Below are positions 13,302-25,699 of a stretch of DNA of 64,000 bases, piece by piece; position 1 is the stretch's first letter; each line of letters starts with the position of its first letter. A program made the translations under genes and the position numbers. Source of the DNA: Azolla caroliniana (taxonomy: Eukaryota > Plantae > Polypodiophyta); assembly GCA_043228905.1 (NCBI GenBank), contig JBHGNT010000014.1, forward strand, positions 4,712,001 through 4,776,000. The letters are read 5' to 3'. Under the pieces are notes generated by a model, which was given only the letters and a program-made list of their open reading frames with translations, was not told the DNA's origin and did no database searches.

Positions 13302-16300
13302 ACGTGCTTCTGAAATGGAATCACCTACAGGTTGGGGTGCTAAACATTTATGCCCCTAACTCAGCCCTCGAGAGAGCAATCTTTTAGAGGATGCTAGCGA
13401 CAACATTACCTGATGCCGAGGCTTGGGTAATGGCAAGTGATTTCAACATGACTGAACACCTAATTGGCAAAATCGGGGTGAAGGATACATGGGGCTCTTC
13501 CCTTAGGAGAAGCTCACATTCATTGCATTTTTCCAGAGCCGCCGGGAATGCTAGGGGCGGTAGTCTTGCACGACTTGATCGCATATACATCAGCTCATCC
13601 CTCGAAGAGCTTGGGGGCACCTTTGCTATCTTGGCATGTCTTACCTTTTCAGATCATCAACCGGCGAGACTAGACCTTAACCCACCCAATGATAGCAAGG
13701 GCAGTCTCAATGTGAAGATCCCCACAAAGATCATGAAGAGTGAAGAGGTGAAGGCCGGTTTACAAAGTATATGGCAGGACACCACGGGCAGTGAATCAAC
13801 CAGCGAAGATTTGGAAAAAAAATTGGCCCTCTCCTCCTTCTTACAACAGGAGACCAAGTGCGCCCTCCAGTAGGTTAGAGCCATTGAAACAAAATTAAGG
13901 AAGGCCGTTGCGGCAGCGCAACGATTGCTACAGGTAGACACTGGTTGCACTTGGTCTAGAGCTAAGTTGGAGGAAGCAAAGATGAAGGTATAGGAGAGGA
14001 CTTTGGAGAAGAACCGAATGCTGTTTCGAAGAAATGCAGCATGGTGGGCTAGAAAAGACGACAAGGTCAACCGACATTTCTTTCACTACAAGGCACCCAA
14101 GGGTGGTGGTGGACGTATACAAGGGTTGCGAAAACCAGACGGCTCGATAACGGAGGACAAGACTGAGATTCTGGAAATGGCAACACAATACTATCGTGAC
14201 CTCCTCGCACCTATGCAGGTGAGGCAACACATGGAGCTGGCTGATCGAGTGATGTCTTGCATTCACCCCAAGGTAACCCAGGCGATGGAAGTTGTGCTCG
14301 ATAGCCCCATCTCTCGTTTAGAACTCTCGGAGGCGCTTAGGGGATTGCGAAGGGGTGCATGCCCCGGCCCCGATGGTCTCTCATGAGATTTCTTCGAGAT
14401 TCATTGGGAATGTGTCATCCCGTCTTTGGAAGCTGGAGTTCAAGAGATTTGGTCCTCAGGAAAGATGCCAATTGGTTTGTCTGAGGGGCTGATATATCTC
14501 ATCCCCAAAGCATCAGAGCGAAGCCTAGAGTTGCGCCAGTGGCGTCCAATCACGATCCTTAACACGGCATACAAGATACTCGCTAAAGTCCTAGCTCAAC
14601 GGTTAGCAAGCTTCTTACTAGACATCATACATGACAATCAAACTGGATTTGTCAAGAACAGGTGTATCTTTGATAATGTGGTGCTTCTTTGGGAAGCTAT
14701 GGCATTGGCTGGCCGCTCCGTATCGAGCTCAACTATTCTGATGTTAGACTTCGAGAAGGCCTACGACCGGGTGTTATGGCCCTTTTTGGAAAATGTGATG
14801 CGAGCTTTGGGCCTACCTCAAAAATGGAGGAATTGCACTTCTGCACTCTACCGGACAGCTACGAGTAGCGTGCTGTTGGCTGGTTCTAGGGGACCCGCCT
14901 TCCAACTACAACGCTCAGTGAGGCAAGGTTGTCCCCTAGCCCCATATCTCTATCTCTTTGTAACCGAGGCTTTCTCCGCCTACTTACAAGCACCAACCAG
15001 CGGGTTGCGGGGATTGCCCATCCCCAATGCGACTGAAGATTTGTTGTTATCTGAATATGCCGACGATACGGTTCTTTTCTTGCAAGGTGATGAGGAGAAT
15101 CTGCAGCGGGCTGAACATCTTGTTGAGGACTTTTGTCAGGCGGCTGGTGCCAAGATCAATTGGAATAAAACCCAAGGCCTATGGTTCAGCGACCAAGGGA
15201 AACCAAGATGGCAACCCCATGCCGATTTTATGTGGGTCCCTAATGGGACGACGTTCAAGTACCTTGGATTTACAATGGGGAGGTCAATCCCCAAGGGAGC
15301 GCAATTGGCCCACGTACAAGCCAAAATAAACAGGAAGTTGACCCAATGGAGTAGATCTAAACTATCCTTGCTGGTAGGGTCCTTGTTGCGAACCAAGTGT
15401 TGCTCGCTACCATGTGGCACTCAGTCTCCTGCTGGATTATGGACCCTGCAGGTTAGCACGCGATTAAGGCTACCATCAGGGGGTTTATATGGTCAGGTAA
15501 GGACAACCCAAGGGCTACTGCCAGACTGTCATGGTGTTGGTTAACGCAACAGCGGGCCAAAGGGGGGCTTGGCCTCATAGACCCCTTAATGCAAAGTTGT
15601 TCATTGATGGCTAAAATGGTGGTTCGCTGCCTCCTGCTAGGTAAGGGGTGCTGGAAGGTACTTCTTCGCAACAGGCTACAAGCAGGGACTCCCAAGTATG
15701 GTAGGCCTTGGCCCGACTCCTTGAATTGGTGCTGCACGAGTGGAGTCCCACCCAAGCTAGCTTGCCATCTGGAGGACAGGGTCGCGAACTCCATCTTGCG
15801 GGCATGGTGCCATCTACGACAGCATTTGGTCAAACACACCCTGGAGACAGTGACCGAATGGACTAGATAGCCACTATTCTGGAATCCTCACGTGCGAACA
15901 AGTGACGACACGATGCTAGGGCAACTTAAGGGCCTAGCATGGGGAAAGCTGGCACAAACAGGCCTCCTATCTATAGACGATTGGAGACGTATGGCTGTTT
16001 CAAGAAGAGCCCAAGAGGACCTTTCCCCTCCCCTCAAGGGAGCTACGAAAATGCGGAGACTGATAGCTGAGGCAGTTGCTAGGGTTCCGATGGGGGAGGC
16101 GAGAGAACTTGCATGGTTCGGTCTCTTTGACGAGGTTGGAATGGTCAAGTCGCTAAAGGGTGTGAGCGGATCGGGGAGAGATACAGTTTTTGGGGATAGT
16201 CAGAGCAGGGGCTCTTGGCCCCCAATTCGAGTGGTGGCACAGGTTGACAACATCTGGAAGACAGACCCGGATGTTGCTAAGGTGGAACCCCATTGGAGGT

Positions 16301-17454
16301 TAAGGGTATATGGATGTCGCCCCCTTGTCGATCTGGATTGGGACCCAGGGGATTTCAGATGGAAACATGATGATAGAATCCATCACTTCTTCGATTACAC
16401 CACTAAATTGGGTCGGACTTTGAAGCTGCAGCTGGGCAGCCCCCTTCGCAATGGCTGGCGAACATTGGGCATCCCTGATGAGGCGCTCATTACCTTTTGG
16501 AAAGGTCTCTGGCGCCTCCACATGCCTGAAAAGATCAAGCTCTTTTGGTGGCAGATCGGTCACAATGTGGTGCCCGTTGGTGAATGGCTAGGTAAACGCG
16601 ACGGCCCGTTAGGCTGCCCACTGTGCTCTCGACCTATTGAGACTCTGAGACATTGTTTGTGGTATTGCCCTCAAGCTCAAAAGATCTGGGAGAGAGTGAA
16701 TCGCCTCCTTGCGGCATGTGAAGTTGAAGGAACAACCTCGTGGAGCGCTGCGGCATGGATTGGTCACTCGGTCGAAGGGTGGACGGACACCGTCAATGCG
16801 GATAGTTGGTGCTATGTATGCACGAGAGGCAAAATCGTCAAGATCCGTTTCGAAAGAGGCTTGCAGCCCGCATCCCCTAGGTTTCCAAAAATTTGGATGC
16901 TGATTGCAGGTTTCACCTTGTGGTACATATGGAAAGCGCGTTGCCTCAAGGTTTTCCAAGGTACGGTACGGCCCCCGGAGGAAGTGATCATGGACATATG
17001 GTTCGCGATTATCAGATGCCTACGAGGGCAACTGGAAGAGATTTGTAGCCACTCCAATGACGTGATCTCTGCCCGGTTGCGCTTTTGGCAGAAATGGAGG
17101 ATCACACCTATGGTGATGCAAGGCGAGAGTGGCCCGAGGTGGAATTACCAGCCCCCACGCTGGTTGTTTCCTAGTCACCTGCCACCCTCTCTTCGTTGTA
17201 GGCCCCAAGAGCTGACTCGTACTAGGCAACATTGAAGGCCATCGCCTTAGATATAGGTAGCTTCTTACATTAAGTTAGGCCGCAAGGCATTGTAAGTAGG
17301 CTGATCTTCTTTTACTTGATCGGAGGTAGACTCCCCGATGTGTGTATAAGTCTCCTTGTAGACTCTCTATGTAATAATCCTTCCTAACTAATGGGAAAGT
17401 AGCTTCATTTTGGGGAAAAAAATAAAAATAAAAATAAAAATTACAAGAGTATCA

Positions 17455-17645
17455 AACACTTTATGAAAAACCAAAGAGCATATTACATTACTAGAAACAT
17501 TGAACACTATATAAGCACCGAACACTTTATGGAAACCAAAGGATAATACATTACTAGAAACATTTTACATTATATAACCACCAAACGCTTTATGAAAACC
17601 AAAGAGGATATATACATTACTAGAAACAATTTACACTATAAGAGG
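17455..17645. repeat. Tandem repeat, ~3 x ~65 bp
   Basis: Recurring ACTTTATG(A/G)AAACCAAAG...CATTACTAGAAACA. Confidence 0.7.
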
Positions 17646-18719
17646 ATATATATTGATGAATTTGTCATTCCTAATTAGGATAACTTGTGAAGTTACATAT
17701 GAAGATCTAGTGTTGAAGATCACTTTCCATTCTACAAGGTTTCTAGAATGTATTAACAATTAAACTTCTAAGCATTAAAGAGAGAGACCTCCCCCAATAT
17801 GTGTTCATGTACATCTTGAGGGACCTTGTAGACAGTTTTGTATCCCTTAATCTTGTGCTTTGCTTGCGTCATAGTGAACTTGATTGCGATAATGGCATCA
17901 TCATAGATTATGGCAGTGGGTGCATCTTGCAATAATGCATACATGTTCTTGCATTGTGGCACCTTTGCATAATAGTTGCCATAGACGATAGGCTCACCAA
18001 CTTTGGACATGTTGCCTTAGGCATCCCTCACCACTTCTTTCAATATTGTGTTCCCTTGCTTGCACACCACAATGTAGTAGTCTTCATTCAAAATCTTCAT
18101 TTTGAGGAGATTTGAGCACTACAAAATGATCTTCAATAAAAGTATCAAGCCCTCACATTGGTTGTAATATACAATATTGTCTGAATGTTCGTTTTCTTGA
18201 ATATCATCTTGTCGTTGAATTTCAAGCTTCTATAGCTTCCATGGCTCCACGACTGATAGATTGGTGGATTCATCCCAAGCTTCATCTATAATACACATGG
18301 AACAAAAGCATGATAAATTGTGAAATAACAATTATGTTGCGTCCTTGCGACTAAACCCTAAAATACAATGGGTCTTGCACGTCCTTTTCACGGTTTTACA
18401 ACCATATGATTTACTTCTATCGTAATCATTAGCGTCGACCTCAATAAAAAATCTATTCCTACCATCATTTGACATCTTCCATGTCAGCCACTCCATAAGA
18501 TCATGTGCATTTTGTAACTTATCACCTTTATTATCCACCTACTTGCTTGTAAGAGCGTGCTTGATCACAGGCCCCGCGTCATCTTGCTTTCCCTTTCTAT
18601 GTCCACACCCGAAGTAGTTCTATTGCATCCTAATGTTGGTCAATGAGAAGTACCTGGGCATTTTGCATCACAAGTAACCAACAAACATAGGTAGTGTATC
18701 ATAGGTAGCCAACAATACT

Positions 18720-19654
18720 TAACATGGCTTAATTTAATTAGTATTGATTCATGTGAGAAGACAATACTAAGTTGTAGATTAAGAATACTTAACATGTCTT
18801 AAAACAAACTTTGTATTGATAGAAGTGGGAGGATAGTACTAAGTTGTAAATTAAGAATGCTTAACATGTCTTAAAATAGAATTAGTATTGATAGACGTGG
18901 GCAGATAGTACTAAGTTGTAAATTAAGAATACTTTACATGGCTTAAACCATAATCAATACTTGTGCACGTGGGGGGACGTTACTAAGTTGTAAATTAAGA
19001 ATACTTAACATGGCTTAAAACAGAATTAGTACTGATAGACGTGGAAGGATAGTACTATGTTGTAAATTAAGAATACTTTACATGACTTAAACCATAATCA
19101 GTACTTGTGCACATAGGAGGATAATACAAAGTTTTAAATTAAGAATACTTTACATGGCTTAAACCATAATCAATACTTGTGCACGTGGGAGGACTGTACT
19201 AAGTTGTAAATTAAGAATACTTTACATGGCTTGAACCATAATCAATACTTGTGCGCATGGGAGGATAATATTAAGTTGTAAGTTAACATTACTTTACATG
19301 GCTTAAATCATAATTAGTACTGATACACGTGGAGGGACAATACTAAGTTGTAAATTAAGAATACTTTACATGGCTTGAACCATAAGGAGGACAATATTAA
19401 GTTGTAAGTTAACATTACTTTACATGGCTTAAAACATAATTAGTATTGATACACGTGGAAGGACAATACTAAGTTGTTAATTCAAAATACTTCACATGGC
19501 TTAAAACATAATTAGTATTGGACAATACTAAGTTGTTAATTCAAAATACTTTACATGGCTTAAAACATAATTAGTATCGATGCACATGGGAGGACAATAC
19601 TAAGTTGTAAATTAAGAATACTCTACATGGATTGAACCATAAGTAGTACTTGTG
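18720..19654. repeat. 72-bp minisatellite, ~13 copies, continuing in degenerate form at 21013-21220
   Basis: TACTAAGTTGTAAATTAAGAATAC recurs with 72-bp spacing (18837, 18909, 18981, 19053, 19125, 19197...). Confidence 0.9.
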
Positions 19655-21012
19655 TAGTTGATAGGGTTCCGATGGGGGAGGTGAGATAAGATGCTTGGTT
19701 CGGGCTCTTTGATGAGGCTGGAATGTTTATGTTGCTGAAGGGCGTGAGCGGATCGGGAAGAGATACAATTTTTGGGGAGAGTCAGAGTAGGGGCTCTTGG
19801 CACCCAATCCGTGTGGTGGTGCAGGTTGATAACATCTGGAAGACAAACCCGGATGTTGCTAAGGTGGAACCCCATTGGAAGTTATGGGTATATGGTTGTC
19901 TTCCCCTTGTCGAACTAGAATGGGACCTAGGGGATTTCATGTGGAAACATGATGGCAAATTTCGCCATTTCTTCGAGTACAACACTAAACTGAGCCGGAC
20001 TTTTTAACTGCAGCTAGACGGCCCTTTATGCAATGGCTGGCGTACATTGGGCATCCTTGATGAGGTGCTCATTACCTTTTGGAAGGGTCTCTGGCGTCTC
20101 CACATGATGGAAAAGATAAAGTTTCTTTTGTGGCAAATCGGTCATAATGTGGTTCCCGTTGGCGAATGGCTAGGTAAACGTGGTGGCCCGTTAGGCTGTC
20201 CACTTTGCCATTCACCTATTGAGACTCTGAGGCACTATTTGTGGGATTTCCCTCAAGCTCAAAATGTATGGGATAGAGTGACTCGCCTCCTTGTGGCATG
20301 TGAAGTGGAAGGAACAACATCGTGGAGTGTTGCGGCATGGATTGATCACTCCATTGATAGGAGGACGGACACCTTCAATGCAGATAGTTGGTGCTACGTA
20401 TGCATGAGAGGCAAAATCGCCAAGATTCATTTTGAGAGAGGCTTGCAATCCGCATCCCCTAGGTTCCCGGAAATTTGGGTGCTGATCGCAAGCTTCACCC
20501 TGTGGTAATATGGAAAGCGTGTTGCCTAAACGTCTTTTAGGATCTGGTGCGGCCCCAAGAGGAAGTGATCATGGACATATGGTTTGCACTTATCAGCTGC
20601 CTATGAGGGCAATTGGACGAGGTTTGCAGCCATTCCAATGACGTGGTCACTGCCCGTTTGCGCTTTTGGCAGAAATGGCTGAACATGCCTATGGTGACAC
20701 AAGGAGGGAGTGGCCCGAGGTGGAACTACGAGCCCCCACGCTGGTTGTTTCTGACTCACTTACCACCCTCCCTTCGTTGTAGGCCCCATGAGTTGTCTAG
20801 TACTAGCCAACACTGAAGGGCACCGTTTTTAGCTATAGGTACTTATATTAAGTAGTCAGTCCAAAAGGCTATGTAACTAGTCTCATTTTCTTGAACTTGA
20901 TCGGAGGGAGATTCCCCGATCTATGTATAAGCCTCCTTGTACATTCTCTTTGTAATAATCCTTCCTAACTAATGGGAAAGTAACTTCATTTTGGAAAAAA
21001 AGAAAAAGAAGA
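19655..21012 (+). mobile_element. 5'-truncated L1 of the same family (zf-RVT and 3' UTR)
   Basis: Colinear with 16073-17420; A-rich tail; TSD AGTACTTGTG at 19645-19654 and 21013-21022. Confidence 0.9.
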
Positions 21013-22034
21013 AGTACTTGTGCACGTGGGAGGGCGGAACTAAACAACCAATTAGTTTAGATTCACATTTTAGGACAATACTAAGTTGTAACATAAGAAT
21101 CCTAAACATGACAACTAGTGATGGATATGATAGGATAATACCAAGTTGTTATTTAAGAATAGTAAAACATTAAGTGAGTAGACAATTAGTAAAAACGCAA
21201 AATGGAGTACAATACTAAGATGTTAACGCTGACCACAAGAAGTAGGAGAATTACTAATTGTATTCTAGTGCCCTTATTTGAATACAAAACTTTTTATGTT
21301 ATTAAAGTCATAGAATATTATTACTAGTAGGAAACTAAAGCAATAGTTAAGAACTATGAAGTATTACTTCACTAGACTTCGTGTTATAAGTATTAAACAT
21401 ATCGATTAAAATTTTCCTTGCAATGAAGTAACACCTTAAACTACGAGGCAACACTATCAAATTAGACTCAATGGTGATTAAAGGAAACACCTAGGGATAA
21501 TAAATTTGCATGGTGAAGCTTAAACCAATGTTGAACAAATAGTGTGTCATGCTTTTTATAATCCTAAATATAAAATATTGATTTCTTATGTAATGCATCG
21601 TCTTGTTTTCAATAACAAATACGTACAAGCATTGTACATTGGTCATTGTACCAATGCATTTATTGAACCTCATTTTGAACTTTAAATGTATAGTTCTCTG
21701 CAAAGTCAATAATGGATACCATAACACTTTGAACTGTGAATTGATAATATCTCTATGATCCTCCTCTTTAAATCACTTAGTAGTAAATAACGGACTATGT
21801 GAAGAACCACCCATCTCTTGCTCCTTTTGGATATGGATGTGCTACTTCACAACTCACTCTCATTGATGACTACCATTCTCACTAGATTTATAAAAAAAAT
21901 GACTTTCTTGTAAAAGTAGATAATGTTATATAGACTCCACTAAGAAATGATAGACTAATGTTTTTAAATAGGACTTGCAAACCTAATAAATCAACACATT
22001 TCAAATATTAGAAACAAAATTTAAATAGGGCAAT

Positions 22035-22720
22035 AAATCATGTTTTCATATATTCCTTTTCCAAAACTGTTCACGCTTACCATAAATCACGTATTTATAT
22101 ATTCTTTTTCCGAAGCCATTCACATGTTCCTTTTCCAAAACCATGACTTGTTAAACAAGACAACCATCATTTAAGTCAAACGTTGATGAAATGGATGCAA
22201 GAAAATGAACAAAGAAAGAGGAGTTCATGCTTACAAATCATATATTCCTTTTCCAAAACTGTTCATGCTTACGAATAATATATTTCTTTTCCAAAACTAG
22301 GATTTATTAAACAAGACAACCATCATTTAAGTTATTCCATTGATGAAATTGATGAAGGCAAATGAACAAAGAAAGAGAAGTTTAGGCTTACGAATCATAT
22401 ATTCTTTTTCCAAAACCATTAATGCTTACAATAAATCCCGTATTCATATATTCTTTTTCTAAAACCATAATTTATTATATAAGACAACCATCATTTAAGT
22501 TATTCCATTGATAAAATTGATGAAGGAAAATGAACAAAGAAAGAGAAGTTTAAGGCTTACGAATCATATATTCTTTTTCCAAAACCATTAATGCTTACAA
22601 TAAATCCCGTATTCATATATTCTTTTTCTAAAAACATGATTTATTATATAAGACAACCATCATTTAAGTTATTCCATTGATGAAATTGATGAAAGAAAAT
22701 GAACAAGGAAATAGGAGTTC
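22035..22720. repeat. Compound tandem repeat, ~4 units of 140-180 bp
   Basis: AAGACAACCATCATTTAAG and CATATATTC(C/T)TTTTCCAAAAC recur. Confidence 0.8.
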
Positions 22721-23235
22721 ATGCTTATGAATCAAATCGATTATGGAAGAAGCCTCAAATCGGTGGAAGAAACGTTAATAGGTGGACGAAGCATCAATTC
22801 GGTGGAAGAAGACTTAAATCAATGTTGGAAGAAGCCTCAAATCGGTGGAAGAAGACTTAAATCAATGTTGGAAGAAGCCTCAAATCGGTGGAAGAAGACT
22901 TAAATCAATGTTGGAAGAAACCTCAAATCGGTGGAAGAAGCATCAAATCAGTGGAAGAAGCATCAAATCGGTGAAAGAAGACTCAAATCAGTGTTGGAAG
23001 AAGCCTCAAATCAGTGGAAGAAGACTTAAATCAATGTTGGCATCAAATTGGTGAAAGAAGACTCAAGTCGGTGGAATAATCGTCAAATCGGTGGAAGAAA
23101 CATCAAATTTGTGGAGGAAAACTAAACTCGGTGGAAGAAGCCTCAAATTGGTGGAAGAAACCTAAAATTGGTGATGGAAGAAGCCTCAAATCGATGGAAG
23201 AAGACTAAAATCGTTGATCAAAGAAGCCTCAAATA
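22721..23235. repeat. 20/22-bp minisatellite (AAATCGGTGGAAGAAGCCTC-like)
   Basis: About 20 or more degenerate units alternating ...GAAGCCTC and ...GAAGACTT. Confidence 0.85.
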
Positions 23236-23680
23236 TGATGCAAAAGGTTTAATGTTAGAATAAACATCAAAACTAAGACAAGAAAATGGGTGCCAACAGA
23301 TATCCATGTGTAACATAAAATTTGAGATAGGAGGATGGCGGATTCCAAAGATGGATACCAGAGATGCAGAGATATCAAATCGAAGTCAAGCTCACTTGGA
23401 TAGAGGAAGAGGAGACACAATGAGGAAGAAGAAACACCAAAAAGAAGTCATGATGCAACATACACATAAGGGGAAAATAACCCCCAAAATGGAATGAACA
23501 TCCGTCAACCGTTTTCCTTCCATTCCCTGCCTTTAATGAAACTTGTACTACCCCCGCCACACTCCCTAAAAAGATTTATTTTTTGGTTGATTTTAAAAAA
23601 ATTATTTAGTACTAACAGTATACAAAGTACTCGTGTTTTATTTTGGCCAAAAACAATACTTTTTTGGTACACTGTAGTGT

Positions 23681-25024
23681 GCTTCTACCCCCTTTCTTAC
23701 CACACCCTTGGTCTATCATTCAACCTTTTTAATTCTCCTTGTGCTTTTCTCACATCATGACAACGTTGCTCATTAAATCTTGAATAAAATTCCTGTCTTC
23801 ATCTTCATTATCATGTGGGTATGGTGTTTGTACTACGACACTATGTACTTGAAGGGGTACTCTCTTCCCTTTTTCTTTTAGGTCATATTGCTTCTTTTTG
23901 CAATCTCATTGAAAGTGACCTTGTTTGTTGCAATACCTACAAGTAGTTGTGGATATGGTGATAGCACCCGATTCCCTTGGTTTACTTTTAGGTTAAAATT
24001 CTTGAAACTTTTGTTTTGAGAAGTTTTTTGTTCGATTCCTCGTTTTTGTTGCCATGGTCATGTGGCTAGCTTTGTGGTTAGTCTTTTTCTTTTTATTCAC
24101 AACCCCTCTTGCTTCAGTTTTGCTATCAAATTTTTTTAGATTGAGTTCTTTATCCTCATTATGGATATTGATCAATGTCATCCAAGATTATGGTAATGAT
24201 CCCATCAATATCTCGCACTTAGATGACTTATCTATGTTGTTGCATGTTGTGATTGTTGCATCTGGTTTTTTCTTCCATTTTTTGATGAATGTATCAAGTT
24301 GTTTTCCCTCATGCATTTCTTGGTTCATCAGAATCATGTAAGAGAATATTTATGTTGTTCCATCGAAGGGTTGGTGGAGTTTTCGTAGATACTCCCAAAT
24401 TTCATGTGCATTCTCCAAATAGCGAAGATGATCACCTTATTCATTGCTAAGATACATTATGGTCTCCATTCTAGCATCCAAATCTCTACTCTTCCATTGT
24501 TTGAATCCATTTTTTGTATCAACAATGTGTATTGAGCCATTCACTAGATCTTTCACATTTTCTCTTTCAAGGATTAGTTCCATCCTTGTCTTCCACATCC
24601 GATAGTTGTGATTTGTTAGGTTTTGTACGGAATATTTTCTTGTTATATTGTTGGAAATTGATGACAAGAGATTTTGGCTTTGTGCTTCATGGATGTAAGT
24701 GAAGAAAGTTTTCCATTTCTTCCTTAAACTATATCCAAGAAAATGTGTTGTATTGTGTTTTGCTTGTTTTCCTTTGTTACCATGTAAGGGAAAAGAAGCA
24801 ATAACACACATAAAGCAAAGAGGGAGAGAGAGTTGGACAGAGATGAGAAGAAAAGCTTTGTAAAAGAAATGTAATGTGTTTCATTATGTTAAAAGAACAC
24901 TTTATATAGAAATTAAAAGAAAAAACTTAAAGATGTAATTTACAATAAGTTGTAATTGATGTAATATTTGATTATTGGTATTGTCTCTTATTTTTTATGT
25001 AAATATTTATATTATATATTAACA
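23681..25024 (-). mobile_element. Degenerate Copia 5' part (short LTR plus gag)
   Basis: NLTNHNYRMWKTRMELIL...W...DLDA gag N-terminus; decayed zinc knuckle near 23900-23940; minus-strand TGTTAA LTR start at 25024. Confidence 0.7.
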
Positions 25025-25699
25025 AGATGTTCACATGCATCTATAAGCCAACTAGATGGCGGCGTGTTGGTTCTTTATTTAAGTCAAATGCTAGTCCCGA
25101 TGTCAAATGGTTGTGTTAGTAGAACTGGAGCACATTGAAGGGGAATGAGTCTAAGAGGATCCTCAACAAATGTAAAATGTGGATTGTCGCATGGATGTCA
25201 AGATCTGGGATGTCAAAGTTATATGTCAATAAAGAGTGTCATCATCCAAAGCATCTCTACTTTGAGGGTTTTTAGTTGCATAGAGCAAGAAATAGTGGCC
25301 AATTGAAATGGAGTGTGGAGCACCTTTGTCCTACAAAAAGGTATTCTGGCTATGGCCAATATCGTGGTAGAGGAAAAAATCCAGGGTTGGTGTGGATTTG
25401 AGGGGAACTCATCAGAACCATTGCTAAAATTGTTGGTCTGAAGAAAATGCATTCAACATAGAATTGTGTGGCGTTGAATCTTTTCAAAACATCTACCTCC
25501 AAAGGTTAGGCATATTGGACTAGTTGTGCGAGGGTGATTGAACAAGAGGGCTTTCTTTTGTTAGCTCGCAACCTAGACAATTGATAAATTTTGGTCTGGT
25601 GGGGGTCGAGGGTATAGAGGGCATGAGGAGTGTGCAAAGAGGGATTTATTGGAGGGGGTGATCATGGAGGTGGAACTAGAGGGGTATGTGGGGTTGGTG

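Larger units (their letters stand above)
12190..17235 (+). pseudogene. L1 ORF2 (AP endonuclease, RT, zf-RVT), disrupted
   Basis: Motifs WNVQGL, LQEHH, NIYAPN, SDFN, RLDRIY, SDH, PGPDG, LDFEKAYDRV, RQGCPLAP, YADD and CPLC...HCLWYCP. Broken by a solo LTR, stops and frameshifts. Confidence 0.9.
10367..17440 (+). mobile_element. Near full-length L1-clade LINE, inactivated
   Basis: 5' UTR, ORF1, ORF2 (EN-RT-zf-RVT), 3' UTR and an A-rich (AAAAAT)n tail at 17416-17440. The 5' boundary is inferred from loss of flank homology. Confidence 0.9.
17441..23680 (-). mobile_element. Degenerate Sola2-like DNA transposon with intron and internal tandem arrays
   Basis: Minus-strand motifs IIDFAENY (21690-21707), EVQ*MHW, KHDTLFVQH (~21530-21555), decayed WSDGxASQFK (~21435-21470), NYFGCGHRKGKQDDAGPVIK (~18560-18620; HGKGxxDG type) and LSCFCxxC (~18300). 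Element ends are approximate. Confidence 0.7.

Noticed and set aside
18720-19654. CRISPR-like periodicity (also 22721-23235 and 48590-48950)
   Set aside because: Whole units are homologous with no unique spacers, there are no cas genes, and the context is eukaryotic.
22721-23054. Repeat-protein ORFs (CWKKPQIGGRRLKS)
   Set aside because: These are translations of a 20/22-bp minisatellite in shifting frames.
23655-23680. CACTA terminus (minus-strand CACTACAGTGTACC)
   Set aside because: No partner TIR or 3-bp TSD was found and the transposase motifs are not CACTA-type. Kept only as an approximate element end.
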